In this document: one piece after another, positions 18,403 through 28,701 of the stretch | Numbering within the stretch: position 1 is the first letter of the stretch | How the letters are laid out: each line of letters starts with the position of its first letter | NCBI GenBank assembly: GCA_046757965.1 | Contig: JBHHZI010000001.1 | Coordinates: 25,112 to 89,111 of the forward strand | Direction of reading: 5' to 3' | Length of the DNA stretch: 64,000 nt | From: Acidobacteriota bacterium | Lineage (GTDB): Bacteria > Acidobacteriota > Polarisedimenticolia > SMYD01 | Translations under genes and position numbers: made by a program | The notes under the pieces: model-generated | The model's input: only the letters and a program-made list of their open reading frames with translations | Databases searched by the model: none | What the model was told of the DNA's origin: nothing

Positions 18403-20583
18403 GTGACCCTGTCGAATGGACCCCGGCTCGGACCGTACGAGATCATCGCCCCGGCCGGAGCCGGCGGCATGGGAGAGGTGTACCGGGCGCGGGATACCCG
18501 GCTGGCGCGCGACGTGGCCATCAAGGTGCTGCCGGAACACCTTTCCGACCATCCCGACCTGCGTGCCCGCTTCGAGCGTGAGGCACGCGCCGTCTCCTCG
18601 CTGAACCATCCGCACATCTGTACGCTCCACGACATCGGCCACGAGGACGGCATCGACTACCTGGTGATGGAGTACCTCGAGGGACAGAGTCTGGCTGCCC
18701 GTCTCGAGACCGGGGGCCCACTGCAGGGCGATGAGCTGCTCGGCATCGCCACGCAGATCGCCGAGGCCCTGGACACCGCTCACCGTCAGGGACTCGTTCA
18801 CCGGGACCTGAAGCCGGGCAACATCATGCTCACCCCGTCGGGCGCCAAGGTGCTGGACTTCGGCCTGGCCAAGATGGCCGCGTCCGGCCCGACAGCCGGC
18901 GACAGGACGGCGATCCTGCCGTTGACCTCCGCACCGACGGTGGCCGGAAGAGAGGCCGCCGGGACACCGTCGCCGCTGACCGCCGCCGGGACGATTCTGG
19001 GCACGTTTCAGTACATGGCGCCGGAGCAGATCGAGGGGAAGGAAGCCGACGTCCGCAGCGATATCTTCGCGTACGGTGCCACCCTCTACGAGATGGCCAC
19101 GGGCCAGCGCCCCTTCCAGGGCGAGACCCAGGCCTCGCTCATCGCCTCGATCCTCAAGGATGATCCCCGATCCATCGCGTCATCCCGGTCGCGCGCTCCC
19201 GGCGGACTGGATCGCCTCGTCCGCAACTGCCTGGCCAAGAATCCGGCTGACCGGCGTCAGACCATGCGCGACGTGCTGCTCGATCTCCGCGCTCTCGCGG
19301 ATGCGGACGACGCCGGCCACACTCCGGACGCCGGGCATCCATCCAGCACTCGCGCCGCCGTTACCTCGCGGTCGGCCAGGGGGGCCTGGGCGGTCGCCAC
19401 CCTGGCCCTCGCCGTGGCCGCACTCACTGCCGTGGCCTGGTGGACCGGCCGGCCGGCGCCGCTCGCCCCGGCCGCGGTGATCCGCTCCTCCGTCGAGGCG
19501 CCTGACGGCATGACGTTCCAGTTCGAAGGCCCCAACGCCGGCGCGGTCACCGTGTCACCAGACGGACGTTTTCTGACCTTTTCCGCCACCAGCACCGATG
19601 GCATCCGGCGACTCTAGCTGCGCCGCCTGGACAAGATGGAGGCAACAGCCATTCCCGAGTCCGACAACGGCCAGTACCCGTTCTGGTCCCCAGATTCACG
19701 CTTCATCGCCTTCTTCGCGTCCGGCAAGCTGAAGAAGGTCTCGACCACCGGCGGCCAGGTGATCACGCTCTGTCGGGCGGCCAACGCACGCGGCGGAACG
19801 TGGGGATCCGCGGGCACCATCCTGTTCACGCCCCATTGGCGGCGCCAGCCGATCTTCCGGGTTCCCGCCGACGGCGGCGAGCCGGTGGCCGTGACGCAGC
19901 TCGACGCGACCCGCAACGAGACGACCCATCGCTGGCCGTGGTTTCTGCCGGACGGCCGCCATTTTCTGTTCCTGGCCGGCAGCCACATCGTCAAGTCGAC
20001 CAGCGGCGACAACGCCATCTATCTGGGTTCCCTGGACTCCGACGAGACCCGTCTGCTGTTTCGGGCTCGCTCCGCCGCGGTCTTCGCCGCCGGCCAGATC
20101 CTGTTCTCACGCGGCGGGTCGCTGGTGGCCCGGCCGTTCGAACCGGACCGTCTGGCGTTCACCGGCGACGAACGCACTCTCGTCACCGGCGTGCAGTACG
20201 AGCGTACCTACTTCCAGGGTGTGTTCGGGGTCTCCGCCGCCGGCCTCCTGGCGTACCATGCCGGCAACACACGGACGGTGAGTAATCTGGTCTGGATGGA
20301 CCGCGACGGCGGCATCACTCCCCGCTGGGCGAATGGCGGCAACGAGTTGTTTTTCATCGCGCCGGATCACACGCTCATGGAGGTGGGCGTCTCCTTCACA
20401 CCCGAGCTGACTCTGGAGGCACCTCGACCCCTGTTCGATTCGGAGGTGCGCATCGACGACACAGCGTGCTACGACGTGACCCCCGACGGCAAGCGTTTTC
20501 TCATCAACCGCCTGCCCGCGAATCAGGGTGCCGCCTCGATCACACTCATCAGCGGATGGACCTCGCTGCTACCCGTGGAATGA
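18403..20583 (+). CDS. Ser/Thr protein kinase with a TM segment and a C-terminal TolB-like (PD40/WD40 beta-propeller) domain; interrupted by an in-frame TAG at 19615-19617
   Basis: Kinase motifs are GPYEII..GAGGMGEVY, VAIK, HRDLKPGNIM, DFG and APE. ORF pieces 17911..19617 and 19636..20583 are in the same frame. The sequence is continuous as DGIRRL-TAG-LRRLDKMEATAIPESDNGQYPFWSPDSRFIAFFASGKLKK. This matches the conserved RLW/YLRPLD ... PFWSPDGR ... GKLKK motif of kinase-TolB fusions. Start proposed at GTG 18403 (GAGGGGG upstream). Confidence 0.8.
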
Positions 20584-21881
20584 AGCCGACGGCGCCCCGG
20601 CCCCGGTCGCCCTGGCTGACACGCAACGTCGTCGGTCTGGGGCTGGCCAGCCTGTTCAACGATGTCTCGTCCGAGATGGTGGTGCCGCTGCTGCCTTTCT
20701 TTCTGACGTCGGTTCTCGGCGTGGGGCCGCTGGCCCTGGGCTGGATCGAGGGTGGCGCCGACGCTGTCGCCAGCCTGCTGAAGCTGCTCTCCGGACGGGT
20801 GGCGGACCGTCTCGGGCGTCACCGCCCGCTGGTTCTTGCCGGCTACGCCGTGTCGGTGCTGGCCCGGCCGTTCGTCGCTACCACGACGACGGCCGCCCAG
20901 GTGCTCGGCGTGCGCCTGGTCGATCGCGCCGGCAAGGGCGTGCGAACCAGTCCGCGGGACGCCCTGCTCGCGCGGTCGGTCAAGCCGGCACGACGCGGCA
21001 GCGCCTTCGGATTCCACCGGGCGATGGATCATGCGGGCGCGGTGATCGGGCCCCTGATCGCCTTCTCGCTCCTGTCGGCGGGCGGCATGGCCGTGCGATC
21101 CATCTTCTGGTGGTGCGCGCTGCCCGGACTGCTGGCCGTGGTCTGTCTCGCCGTGTTCGTCCGAGACCGGCCCGCCCGTCTCGACGACACCGATGACACG
21201 CGGCCGACATCTGACGGGCTCCCTCGTGCGGACTCCGAACGCGCACTCACGCCGGCGGGCGAGACCGCCCCGGCTGCGCCGGCTGTCCCGTCGACGTGGC
21301 GGCCGCCGGTCGGGCTGGGCATCCTGCTGGTCCCTCTGGGCCTGTTCAGCCTGGGAAACGCCAGCGATCTGTTTCTCCTGCTGAAGGCCAGCGAGTCCCG
21401 TTCTCCACTGATGACCCTGCCGCTGCTGTGGATGGCGTTCCACGTGGTCAAGTCGGTCTCGTCGGTCATCGGTGGGCGACTCGCTGACCGGTTCGGCCGG
21501 CGGCGCCTCATCGTCTCGGGATGGCTGGTCTACGCCGCGGTCTACGCCGGGTTCGCGCTGACGACGCAGATCGCCATGGTGTGCGCCCTTTTCATCGTCT
21601 ATGGCCTCTACCACGGTCTGACCGAGGGAGCGGAGAAGGCCCTGATCGCCGATCTCGCCCCGGCGACACGTCACGGAGCCGCGTTTGGCTGGTACCACGT
21701 CACTCTCGGAGCTGGAGCCCTGGCGGCGAGTGTGCTGTTCGGCGGCCTCTGGCAGGGGTTCGGAAGCGCCACGGCCTTTGCCGCAAGCAGCGGCCTGGCG
21801 CTGGCGGCCGCCGCATGGCTCGGCTTCTCCCCGCGCCACACGATCCGGTCCGGCCCGATGGACTCACCCGGCCTCGGTTGA
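20580..21881 (+). CDS. MFS transporter
   Basis: Twelve predicted hydrophobic helices, glycine-rich loops, D/R motifs. The start ATG overlaps the kinase-TolB TGA stop (ATGA). Confidence 0.85.
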   Translation: MKPTAPRPRSPWLTRNVVGLGLASLFNDVSSEMVVPLLPFFLTSVLGVGPLALGWIEGGADAVASLLKLLSGRVADRLGRHRPLVLAGYAVSVLARPFVATTTTAAQVLGVRLVDRAGKGVRTSPRDALLARSVKPARRGSAFGFHRAMDHAGAVIGPLIAFSLLSAGGMAVRSIFWWCALPGLLAVVCLAVFVRDRPARLDDTDDTRPTSDGLPRADSERALTPAGETAPAAPAVPSTWRPPVGLGILLVPLGLFSLGNASDLFLLLKASESRSPLMTLPLLWMAFHVVKSVSSVIGGRLADRFGRRRLIVSGWLVYAAVYAGFALTTQIAMVCALFIVYGLYHGLTEGAEKALIADLAPATRHGAAFGWYHVTLGAGALAASVLFGGLWQGFGSATAFAASSGLALAAAAWLGFSPRHTIRSGPMDSPGLG

Positions 21882-21942
21882 TGCCGTGGATCGACAACCG
21901 GGGCAACGGCCCGCCTCCGGTCAGAGAGTCGACGGGGCGGCC

Positions 21943-22839
21943 TCAGCCAAGCAGATGGCGCAGGGCTTCGTCGAGGCGCGGGTGCCGGAACAGATGACCC
22001 GCGGCCTCCAGACGGGCAGGTCGAACCCGATGGCTGACCAGCAGCAGGGCGTCGGCCATCTCTCCGAACGCGAGCCGGGCCACGATCGCGGGCATCGGGA
22101 GCATCGCGGGACGCGACAGCACCCGCGCGAGCGTGCGAGAGAATTCCGCGTTGGTCACGGGTGACGGCGAGACGGCATTGATCGGACCGCTCCACTCCGG
22201 TTCGGCCAGCGCCTTCGTGATGACCGTGACGGCGTCGTCGAGCGCGATCCAGCTCATGAACTGACGACCGTTTCCGATCCGACCACCGAGGCCCAGCCGG
22301 AACGGCGGCAGCATGCGCGCCAGAGCGCCGCCGCCGGTGTCGAGGATGACCCCGAACCGCAGGTGGATGACCCGGGCGCCACACGCGCGGAGCGGCTCGG
22401 CGGCCGCCTCCCAGTCCGCGCAAACCGAGGCCAGAAACCCCGAACCGGCCGGATGGGTCTCGTCCAGGACCACATCACCTCGATCCCCGTAGAAACCCAC
22501 TGCCGACGCCGCCACGAGGACCGGCGGCGGATGCCGGAGCCGGGCGAGGGCCACACAGAGAAGCCGGGTTCCCTCGACCCGGCTGGCCCGGATACGCTGC
22601 TTCTTGCGCGCCGTCCAGCGTCCCGAGCCGATATTCTCCCCGGCGAGGTGAACCACGGCGTCGAGATCATCGAGGCGATCCAGATCGACGGCGCGTGCGG
22701 CCGGATCCCAGGACACCGCATCCGGACCGACCGGTCCCGGCGGCCGGACCAGGCGGACCACCCGGTGGCCGTCCCGCCTGAGACCGCCGGTGAGAGCCGA
22801 GCCAACCATGCCGCTGGCCCCGGTCACGAGAATCTTCAC
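21943..22839 (-). CDS. TIGR01777/YfcH-family NAD-dependent epimerase/dehydratase (SDR with a DUF1731 C-terminus)
   Basis: N-terminal MKILVTGASGMVGSALT Rossmann motif. Length and C-terminal region are typical of this family. Confidence 0.85.
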   Translation of the reverse strand: MKILVTGASGMVGSALTGGLRRDGHRVVRLVRPPGPVGPDAVSWDPAARAVDLDRLDDLDAVVHLAGENIGSGRWTARKKQRIRASRVEGTRLLCVALARLRHPPPVLVAASAVGFYGDRGDVVLDETHPAGSGFLASVCADWEAAAEPLRACGARVIHLRFGVILDTGGGALARMLPPFRLGLGGRIGNGRQFMSWIALDDAVTVITKALAEPEWSGPINAVSPSPVTNAEFSRTLARVLSRPAMLPMPAIVARLAFGEMADALLLVSHRVRPARLEAAGHLFRHPRLDEALRHLLG

Positions 22840-22986
22840 GACCGGAGGATACTCCAGCCGGAGGCGTCACACCCCTTCGTTGCTTGTGAGACGCCGCGCC
22901 GGCCATGTTATGCTCCGGATGACCCTGTCGGGGCACTCCACCCCGGCTGATGGCCCACGCAGATCCGCCCACGAAACGGCGGAAAG

Positions 22987-24948
22987 ATGTCTCGGAACCA
23001 TCTCATGACGAACCGTTCAGACAGCGAGCGAGAAGCTCTCTCGCGGGCCATCCTGGATGCCACCGCCGACGGACTGCTGGTCGTGGACGCTTCCGGCAAG
23101 GTCATCCGGTCCAACGCGCGCTTCGCGCGCATGTGGCGGATCCCGGACGACCTTCTCGCCTCGCAGGATGATGACGCCCTTCTGGCCCACGTCGTGGACC
23201 AGCTTGTCGATCCCCGCTCGTTTCTCGCCAAGGTGGAACAACTCTACGCGTCCCGGAAGATCGACGTCGACACCCTTCACTTCAAGGACGGCCGGGTGTT
23301 CGAACGATACTCCGCTCCGCTGCTGGTGGCGGACCAGCTCGCCGGGCGGGTCTGGTCCTTCCGCGACCTGACGGAACGATTCCGCTCGCGGGAGGCGCTC
23401 GCGATCAGCGAGGAACGGTTCCGCACTCTCTACAACACGGCTCCCGTGATGATGCACTCCATCAACGCGGACTCGCGCATCGTCGAGGTCAACAACCACT
23501 GGCTCGAGTCAATGGGCTACACCCGGGAGCAGGTGATCGGGCGTACCGCAACCACTTTCGTCACCGAGGAATCGCGAACAATCCTCGACACGGAGGTCCT
23601 GCCCCGCTTCTTCCGCGAGGGTCGCACCGACGACTTCCCGGTCCAGATGCTGAGGGCCGATGGCGACATCCTCGACGTTCGACTCACGGCGCGCGCCGAG
23701 TTCGCCCCCGATGGTAGCTTTCACCGTTCGTTCACGGTACTGGTCGACGTCACCGATCGTCTCCGGGCTGAGCGCGAGAAGGAGCAGCTCCAGGCGCAAC
23801 TCCAGCAGGCGCAGAAGATGGAGAGCCTGGGTGTTCTGGCCGGTGGCATCGCCCACGATTTCAACAATCTGCTCGTCAGCATCATGGGTAACGCCGATCT
23901 TGCCCTGATGCGGATGGAGGACGGTTCGCCCGGCCGCCGGAACATCGATGAGGTGATGAAAGGCTCCCATCGCGCCGCCGACCTCTGCAAGCAGATGCTC
24001 GCCTACTCCGGCAAGGGGCGATTCCAGCCTCGCGCCCTGAACATCGCCGCGATCATCGAGGAGATGACTCATCTGCTCGAGGTCTCGATCTCGAAGAGGG
24101 CCCGGATCGTCTGCGATTTCGCGCCAGATCTCCCGGCCGTGGAGGCGGATGCCACACAGCTCCGGCAGGTGGTCATGAACCTGATCACGAACGCATCGGA
24201 TGCGATGGAGGACAACGCGGGGATCATCAACCTGGCCACCGGAACGGTGCATTGCGACCGGAGTTATCTCAGCAGGCTACTCGTCAATGAGGAGCTCATC
24301 CCGGGAGATTATGTGTTTCTGGAGGTGACCGATTCGGGCAAGGGGATGGACGAACACACTCGCCAGCGCATATTCGACCCGTTCTTCACCACGAAGGCGA
24401 CCGGTCGAGGCCTCGGGCTCGCCGCCACCCTGGGCATCGTCCGGGCCCACCACGGCACCATCAAGGTGTACAGCGAGCCGGGCCATGGCACGACATTCAA
24501 GGTTCTTCTTCCCGCCTCCCGGTCCAGGGCAGAGCAGGCGGACCGGGTGCCGCCGGCGAGCCGGTCTCGGCGGCTCTCCGGCACGGCGCTGGTCGTGGAT
24601 GATGAGCCGGCCGTCCGCGATCTGGCCCGGCAGGTCCTCGAGCATGCAGGGCTGGATGTGATCGAGGCCGCCAGCGGGGAGCGGGCCATCGAGATCGTGC
24701 GCGAACGATCCCCGGCGATCTCCATCGTCGTGCTCGACATGACGATGCCCGGTCTCGACGGAGAGCAGACCTTCCGACGGCTGCGGACCATTCGGGGAGA
24801 TCTCCGCGTCGTCCTCAGCAGTGGATACAACGCCCAGGCAGCAACCAGCCGCTTCGTCGGCAAGGGACTGGCCGGATTCGTCCACAAACCGTACCGGGCG
24901 GCGGATCTGATCGACGCCGTGGCCGACGCACTCGCGTCCCGTCACTGA
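22987..24948 (+). CDS. PAS-domain hybrid sensor histidine kinase/response regulator
   Basis: Two PAS segments. HisKA H-box LAGGIAHDFNNLL. HATPase_c N/G boxes. C-terminal receiver ALVVDDEPAVRDLA ... VLDMTMPGLDG. Confidence 0.9.
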   Translation: MSRNHLMTNRSDSEREALSRAILDATADGLLVVDASGKVIRSNARFARMWRIPDDLLASQDDDALLAHVVDQLVDPRSFLAKVEQLYASRKIDVDTLHFKDGRVFERYSAPLLVADQLAGRVWSFRDLTERFRSREALAISEERFRTLYNTAPVMMHSINADSRIVEVNNHWLESMGYTREQVIGRTATTFVTEESRTILDTEVLPRFFREGRTDDFPVQMLRADGDILDVRLTARAEFAPDGSFHRSFTVLVDVTDRLRAEREKEQLQAQLQQAQKMESLGVLAGGIAHDFNNLLVSIMGNADLALMRMEDGSPGRRNIDEVMKGSHRAADLCKQMLAYSGKGRFQPRALNIAAIIEEMTHLLEVSISKRARIVCDFAPDLPAVEADATQLRQVVMNLITNASDAMEDNAGIINLATGTVHCDRSYLSRLLVNEELIPGDYVFLEVTDSGKGMDEHTRQRIFDPFFTTKATGRGLGLAATLGIVRAHHGTIKVYSEPGHGTTFKVLLPASRSRAEQADRVPPASRSRRLSGTALVVDDEPAVRDLARQVLEHAGLDVIEAASGERAIEIVRERSPAISIVVLDMTMPGLDGEQTFRRLRTIRGDLRVVLSSGYNAQAATSRFVGKGLAGFVHKPYRAADLIDAVADALASRH

Positions 24949-25817
24949 TTCCCGGCAGCCGGGTCGAATCGATGCGCGTGTGCCAGCGCTCGGCGGGCGG
25001 CGAGATCGAGCACCTCGCCTGGCGCCAGCTCGAAGTAGGGGTGGGCCTCGTCCTTGGCGAAGCGCGCGTGGTCATAGACGAGAACCCGACTCGAGCCGAT
25101 CACCTCTGCCCGGTCTCCGTCGACGACGAGGGCCGTATCCTCATCGATACCGAGACCGAGGAGTTCCGGGTGGGCCTCAATGACCGGAAGCAGATCATCC
25201 TGACGGTCCCGGGCGATGACATGCTGGTCAATGGCCACGCCGTGCAGAAAACCGAACCCCGCCTCGTGGCCCGGCGCCATCATGATGGTGTTCCCCTCGG
25301 GGGCGCCGCGCACCAGATACGACCCCTGGATCGTCGCGCCGGCCGACGACCCGCCGATCACACCACCGCGGTCGAGAACGGCGTGGAACGCCTCCTCGGT
25401 GCTCGTCCCGGCATAGGCATCGACAAGACGCCACTGCCGGCCGCCGCCGAACCACACGCCCCGGGCCCGGTCGATGGGCGCGACGAACTCGACGGTGTCG
25501 GCCCGCTCCCGGTCCCGCGTGTGCAGCACCGACACGTCACGGAACCCGGCGTCATGAAACGGCCGCGCGAACTCCTCCACTCGGTCGTCCAGGTCACCTT
25601 CCAGTGCCGTGGGAACCACGACGATCGGAGCGCCCGGACCGCCGGCCAGTTCCATGAAGCGCTTCAGAATCTCCGGGCTGCGCATGCCGCCCCCGACGAT
25701 GACCAGGTGGCCGTGTGCCGGCCCGACCCGAGGCGCCGGCGCCGCGACACCGGGCGGTTCGACAGCGGCAACGAGCAACACCAGGATGACGATGGCTCGC
25801 GCATGGCGGCGGTTCAT
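24942..25817 (-). CDS. Cyanophycinase-like peptidase (S51 family) with a signal peptide
   Basis: Signal peptide MNRRHARAIVILVLLVAAV. Class I glutamine amidotransferase-like S51 features (GGSSAGA with the Ser nucleophile, HLVIVGGG). Start at the signal-peptide Met rather than the longer ORF. Confidence 0.75.
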   Translation of the reverse strand: MNRRHARAIVILVLLVAAVEPPGVAAPAPRVGPAHGHLVIVGGGMRSPEILKRFMELAGGPGAPIVVVPTALEGDLDDRVEEFARPFHDAGFRDVSVLHTRDRERADTVEFVAPIDRARGVWFGGGRQWRLVDAYAGTSTEEAFHAVLDRGGVIGGSSAGATIQGSYLVRGAPEGNTIMMAPGHEAGFGFLHGVAIDQHVIARDRQDDLLPVIEAHPELLGLGIDEDTALVVDGDRAEVIGSSRVLVYDHARFAKDEAHPYFELAPGEVLDLAARRALAHAHRFDPAAGNQ

Positions 25818-25869
25818 GGCCGCGATCCGACTTCCGGCCGGCCCACACACGCCCCGCGCCTCGGACCGG

Positions 25870-27504
25870 TCACTCACCGGGTGCCATGAAGGGATACACC
25901 ACCGAGGTCGGCGGAACGAAGGTTTCCTTGATGGAACGGGGACTGACCCAGCGAACGAGGTTCAGGTAGCTGCCGGCCTTGTCATTGGTTCCGGATGCCC
26001 GGCTCCCCCCGAACGGCTGCTGGCCCACCACCGCGCCGGTCGGCTTGTCATTGATATAGAAGTTGCCCGCCGTGTTGACCAGGGCATCCCGGATCTTGCG
26101 GATGGCGGCACGGTCCTGTGCGAACACCGCCCCGGTCAGACCGTAGGTCGAACCGGAATCACAGATCGACAGCGCCCGATCGAGATCGGCGTCCCTGTAG
26201 ACATGGATGGTCAGGACCGGGCCGAAGATCTCTTCCCGGAGCAGCTTGAAGTCCGGCCTGCGCGCCAGGATCACCGTTGGCTCGATGAAGTAGCCCCGGC
26301 GGGCGTCACACTTTCCTCCGATCAGGATACGCGCCTCGTCAGAACGTGACGCGTACTGGATGGCACGCTTGATCGAATCGAACGCATTGCGATCGATGAC
26401 GGCATTGACGAAATGGGTGAAGTCCGCCGGATCACCCATGGACAGCCTGGCGGTCTCGGCGAGAAGCCGTCGCTCGACCCGCGGCCAGATGGAGCGGGGA
26501 ATGAAGGCACGAGAGGCCGCGGAACATTTCTGCCCCTGGTATTCAAATGCACCGCGCACCAGCGCCGTGACCAGCGCCGGAACGGATGCCGACCGGTGCG
26601 CGAAGACGAAGTCCTTTCCCCCGGTCTCCCCCACGATACGCGGATACGACCGGTATCTTCTGATGTTGCGGCCCACCGTCTCCCACATCCCCTGGAATAC
26701 CTCCGTGGAGCCAGTGAAGTGGATGCCCGCCAGGTCGGGGCTCGCCAGCGCCGGGTCGCCGACCTCCCCGCCCGATCCCGGGACCATGTTGATGACCCCG
26801 GGCGGCAACCCCGCCTCCTCGAGCAGATCCATGAGATGGTGCGCGGTATACACGGCCGTGGACGCCGGCTTCCAGAGAACGACGTTGCCCATCATGGCCG
26901 GGGCCGTCGGCAGATTGCCCGCAATGCTGGTGAAGTTGAACGGCGTGACGGCGAACACGAATCCTTCCAGTGGCCGATGCTCCATCATGTTCCAGCAACC
27001 GGGCGAGGAGTCCGGTTGCTCGTCGTAGATCCTTTCCATGTACTCGGCGTTGAACCGCCAGAAGTCGATCAGCTCACAGGCGGCATCGATCTCGGCCTGG
27101 TGGACATTCTTCGACTGGGACAGCATCGTCGCGGCGTTGAGCACCTGCCGGTGCCGCCCGGCCAGCAACTCCGCTGCCTTGAGGAAGATGGCGGCGCGGT
27201 CCGACCACGGCATGGCAGCCCACCGCGGACGCGCCTCCAGCGCCGCGCGGATCGCCCGGTCCACCTCCTTCTTCCGACAGCGGTGCCAGGTGGCGAGAAC
27301 GTGAGCATGGTCGTGGGGCATCACCGCCTTCGCCAGCCGGCGCGTTCGCACCTTCCGGCCGCCGATACGCGCCGGAATATCGATGGTCTTGTTTGACAGA
27401 CGGTTCAACTGCTGCCGGATCTCGCGGCGCTCCGGGCTCCCGGGAGCGAATTCCAGAACCGGTTCGTTGTACGGGGCGGGAACGGTCAACGCGCCGTTGG
27501 ACAT
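25870..27504 (-). CDS. pruA: L-glutamate gamma-semialdehyde (1-pyrroline-5-carboxylate) dehydrogenase, aldehyde dehydrogenase superfamily
   Basis: ALDH motifs FTGSTEVF, ETGGKDF and CSAASR (catalytic Cys), with the overall 544-aa architecture typical of P5CDH. Confidence 0.9.
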   Translation of the reverse strand: MSNGALTVPAPYNEPVLEFAPGSPERREIRQQLNRLSNKTIDIPARIGGRKVRTRRLAKAVMPHDHAHVLATWHRCRKKEVDRAIRAALEARPRWAAMPWSDRAAIFLKAAELLAGRHRQVLNAATMLSQSKNVHQAEIDAACELIDFWRFNAEYMERIYDEQPDSSPGCWNMMEHRPLEGFVFAVTPFNFTSIAGNLPTAPAMMGNVVLWKPASTAVYTAHHLMDLLEEAGLPPGVINMVPGSGGEVGDPALASPDLAGIHFTGSTEVFQGMWETVGRNIRRYRSYPRIVGETGGKDFVFAHRSASVPALVTALVRGAFEYQGQKCSAASRAFIPRSIWPRVERRLLAETARLSMGDPADFTHFVNAVIDRNAFDSIKRAIQYASRSDEARILIGGKCDARRGYFIEPTVILARRPDFKLLREEIFGPVLTIHVYRDADLDRALSICDSGSTYGLTGAVFAQDRAAIRKIRDALVNTAGNFYINDKPTGAVVGQQPFGGSRASGTNDKAGSYLNLVRWVSPRSIKETFVPPTSVVYPFMAPGE

Positions 27505-27653
27505 GGACGCTCTCCTCGCATTGGATGTCGATGTCTTGTGCCGGGCGGGTCATTCTAGCAGGCGGAGCCGTGCGCGGGACCTGACCGTGCGCCTTGCGGC
27601 ACAGATGGGAGCTCACGGTCTGGAAGCGACCACGGCGCCCTGAGGCAGATCGA

Positions 27654-28166
27654 TCAGTGTTTTCTGCGATACAGCCCGTCGAAGACCGTGTGCCATGTCT
27701 TGCCGGCGTCCGCTGACTCTTCCCAGTGCTGGCGAATGGTACCGTCCTCCTTGCTGGACCATGTGATGCGGTCGCGCGCCCCCTTGCCGTCGCGGCCGGG
27801 GGAATCGCCGGAGAGGATCATCTTGCCGTCGTGGAATCCACCGCTGAGATCGAGCGTCGTGCCGTTGCGCCAGACCCAGAACTGGTGCCACTTCCCGGTG
27901 GAAGGATTGAAGAAGTTCAAGCTGGTCCCGGCACTTCCCTGACTGCCGACCCATTTTTCCTGCAGAACACACCCGTCCAGGATCGGTGTGATGCTGTTGG
28001 TGCCCGCCTGCTTGTCGCCGGCGAATACGTTCAACTCTCCGACCCAGAAATCGAACTGATGAGATCTCTCATCCGCACATGGTGTCGCCACCCGGGTTGC
28101 CGCAGGAACCTGTGAGAGGAGCAGCATCGCCCCCGCCAGCACATACCCTCCTGAAGAAACACGCAT
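27654..28166 (-). CDS. Secreted hypothetical beta-barrel protein (DUF1579-like)
   Basis: Signal peptide MRVSSGGYVLAGAMLLLSQVPAA. A Trp/Gly-rich beta pattern (FDFWVGEL, WHQFWVWRNG). Confidence 0.6.
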   Translation of the reverse strand: MRVSSGGYVLAGAMLLLSQVPAATRVATPCADERSHQFDFWVGELNVFAGDKQAGTNSITPILDGCVLQEKWVGSQGSAGTSLNFFNPSTGKWHQFWVWRNGTTLDLSGGFHDGKMILSGDSPGRDGKGARDRITWSSKEDGTIRQHWEESADAGKTWHTVFDGLYRRKH

Positions 28167-28435
28167 GATCTCCTCCGGTTCGGAACCGCGTTCGACCCAG
28201 GCTACCCCTCGCGAGTCGCGCGTCAAGGGATCTGCGTCCGTCGGCTGCGGTGCCCACGCCCCGACGGCAGCCGGGCCTCGAGACCGGTTTCGCCACTCTC
28301 ACACCTGCCCCTGACGTGGCGCGCGGCCTCTCCAGACGGATGGTTGTGGCCTGCCAGGTCGCCCGGTATAGTGCGGCGAACCGGGTTACGATCCCCGCTC
28401 GCCGCGCACCAGAAACCGCGCGTCAGGAGGTGGCA

Positions 28436-28636
28436 ATGATTGCGCTCACGTCACTTGTGCTTCCCATCCTGCTGTCCGCCGTACTCGTCTTCGTGGTCAG
28501 CTCGATCATTCACATGGTGCTGCCCTACCACCGGGGAGACTTCAGTCAGCTCCCCGCGGAGGACGACCCTGAAGCTCACCTTCGACGGCCTGCTCACCGG
28601 CGGAACGTTCGGCTGGCTCTGGCCCTGAGCCGCTGA
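28436..28636 (+). CDS. Small membrane protein (66 aa) upstream of the efflux operon
   Basis: AGGAGG SD 6 nt before ATG. One hydrophobic helix (LVLPILLSAVLVFVVSSIIHMVL). Confidence 0.4.
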   Translation: MIALTSLVLPILLSAVLVFVVSSIIHMVLPYHRGDFSQLPAEDDPEAHLRRPAHRRNVRLALALSR

Positions 28637-28701
28637 CCTTCCGGGACCCCGTCGCGGGTCACCCGGTCGAGGCGACCCTCACCCATCGGGGATCATCGTT
28701 C

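Noticed and set aside
20523-21839. 438-aa minus-strand ORF
   Set aside because: Antisense to the MFS transporter. Arg/Gly-rich artefact of 70 percent GC.
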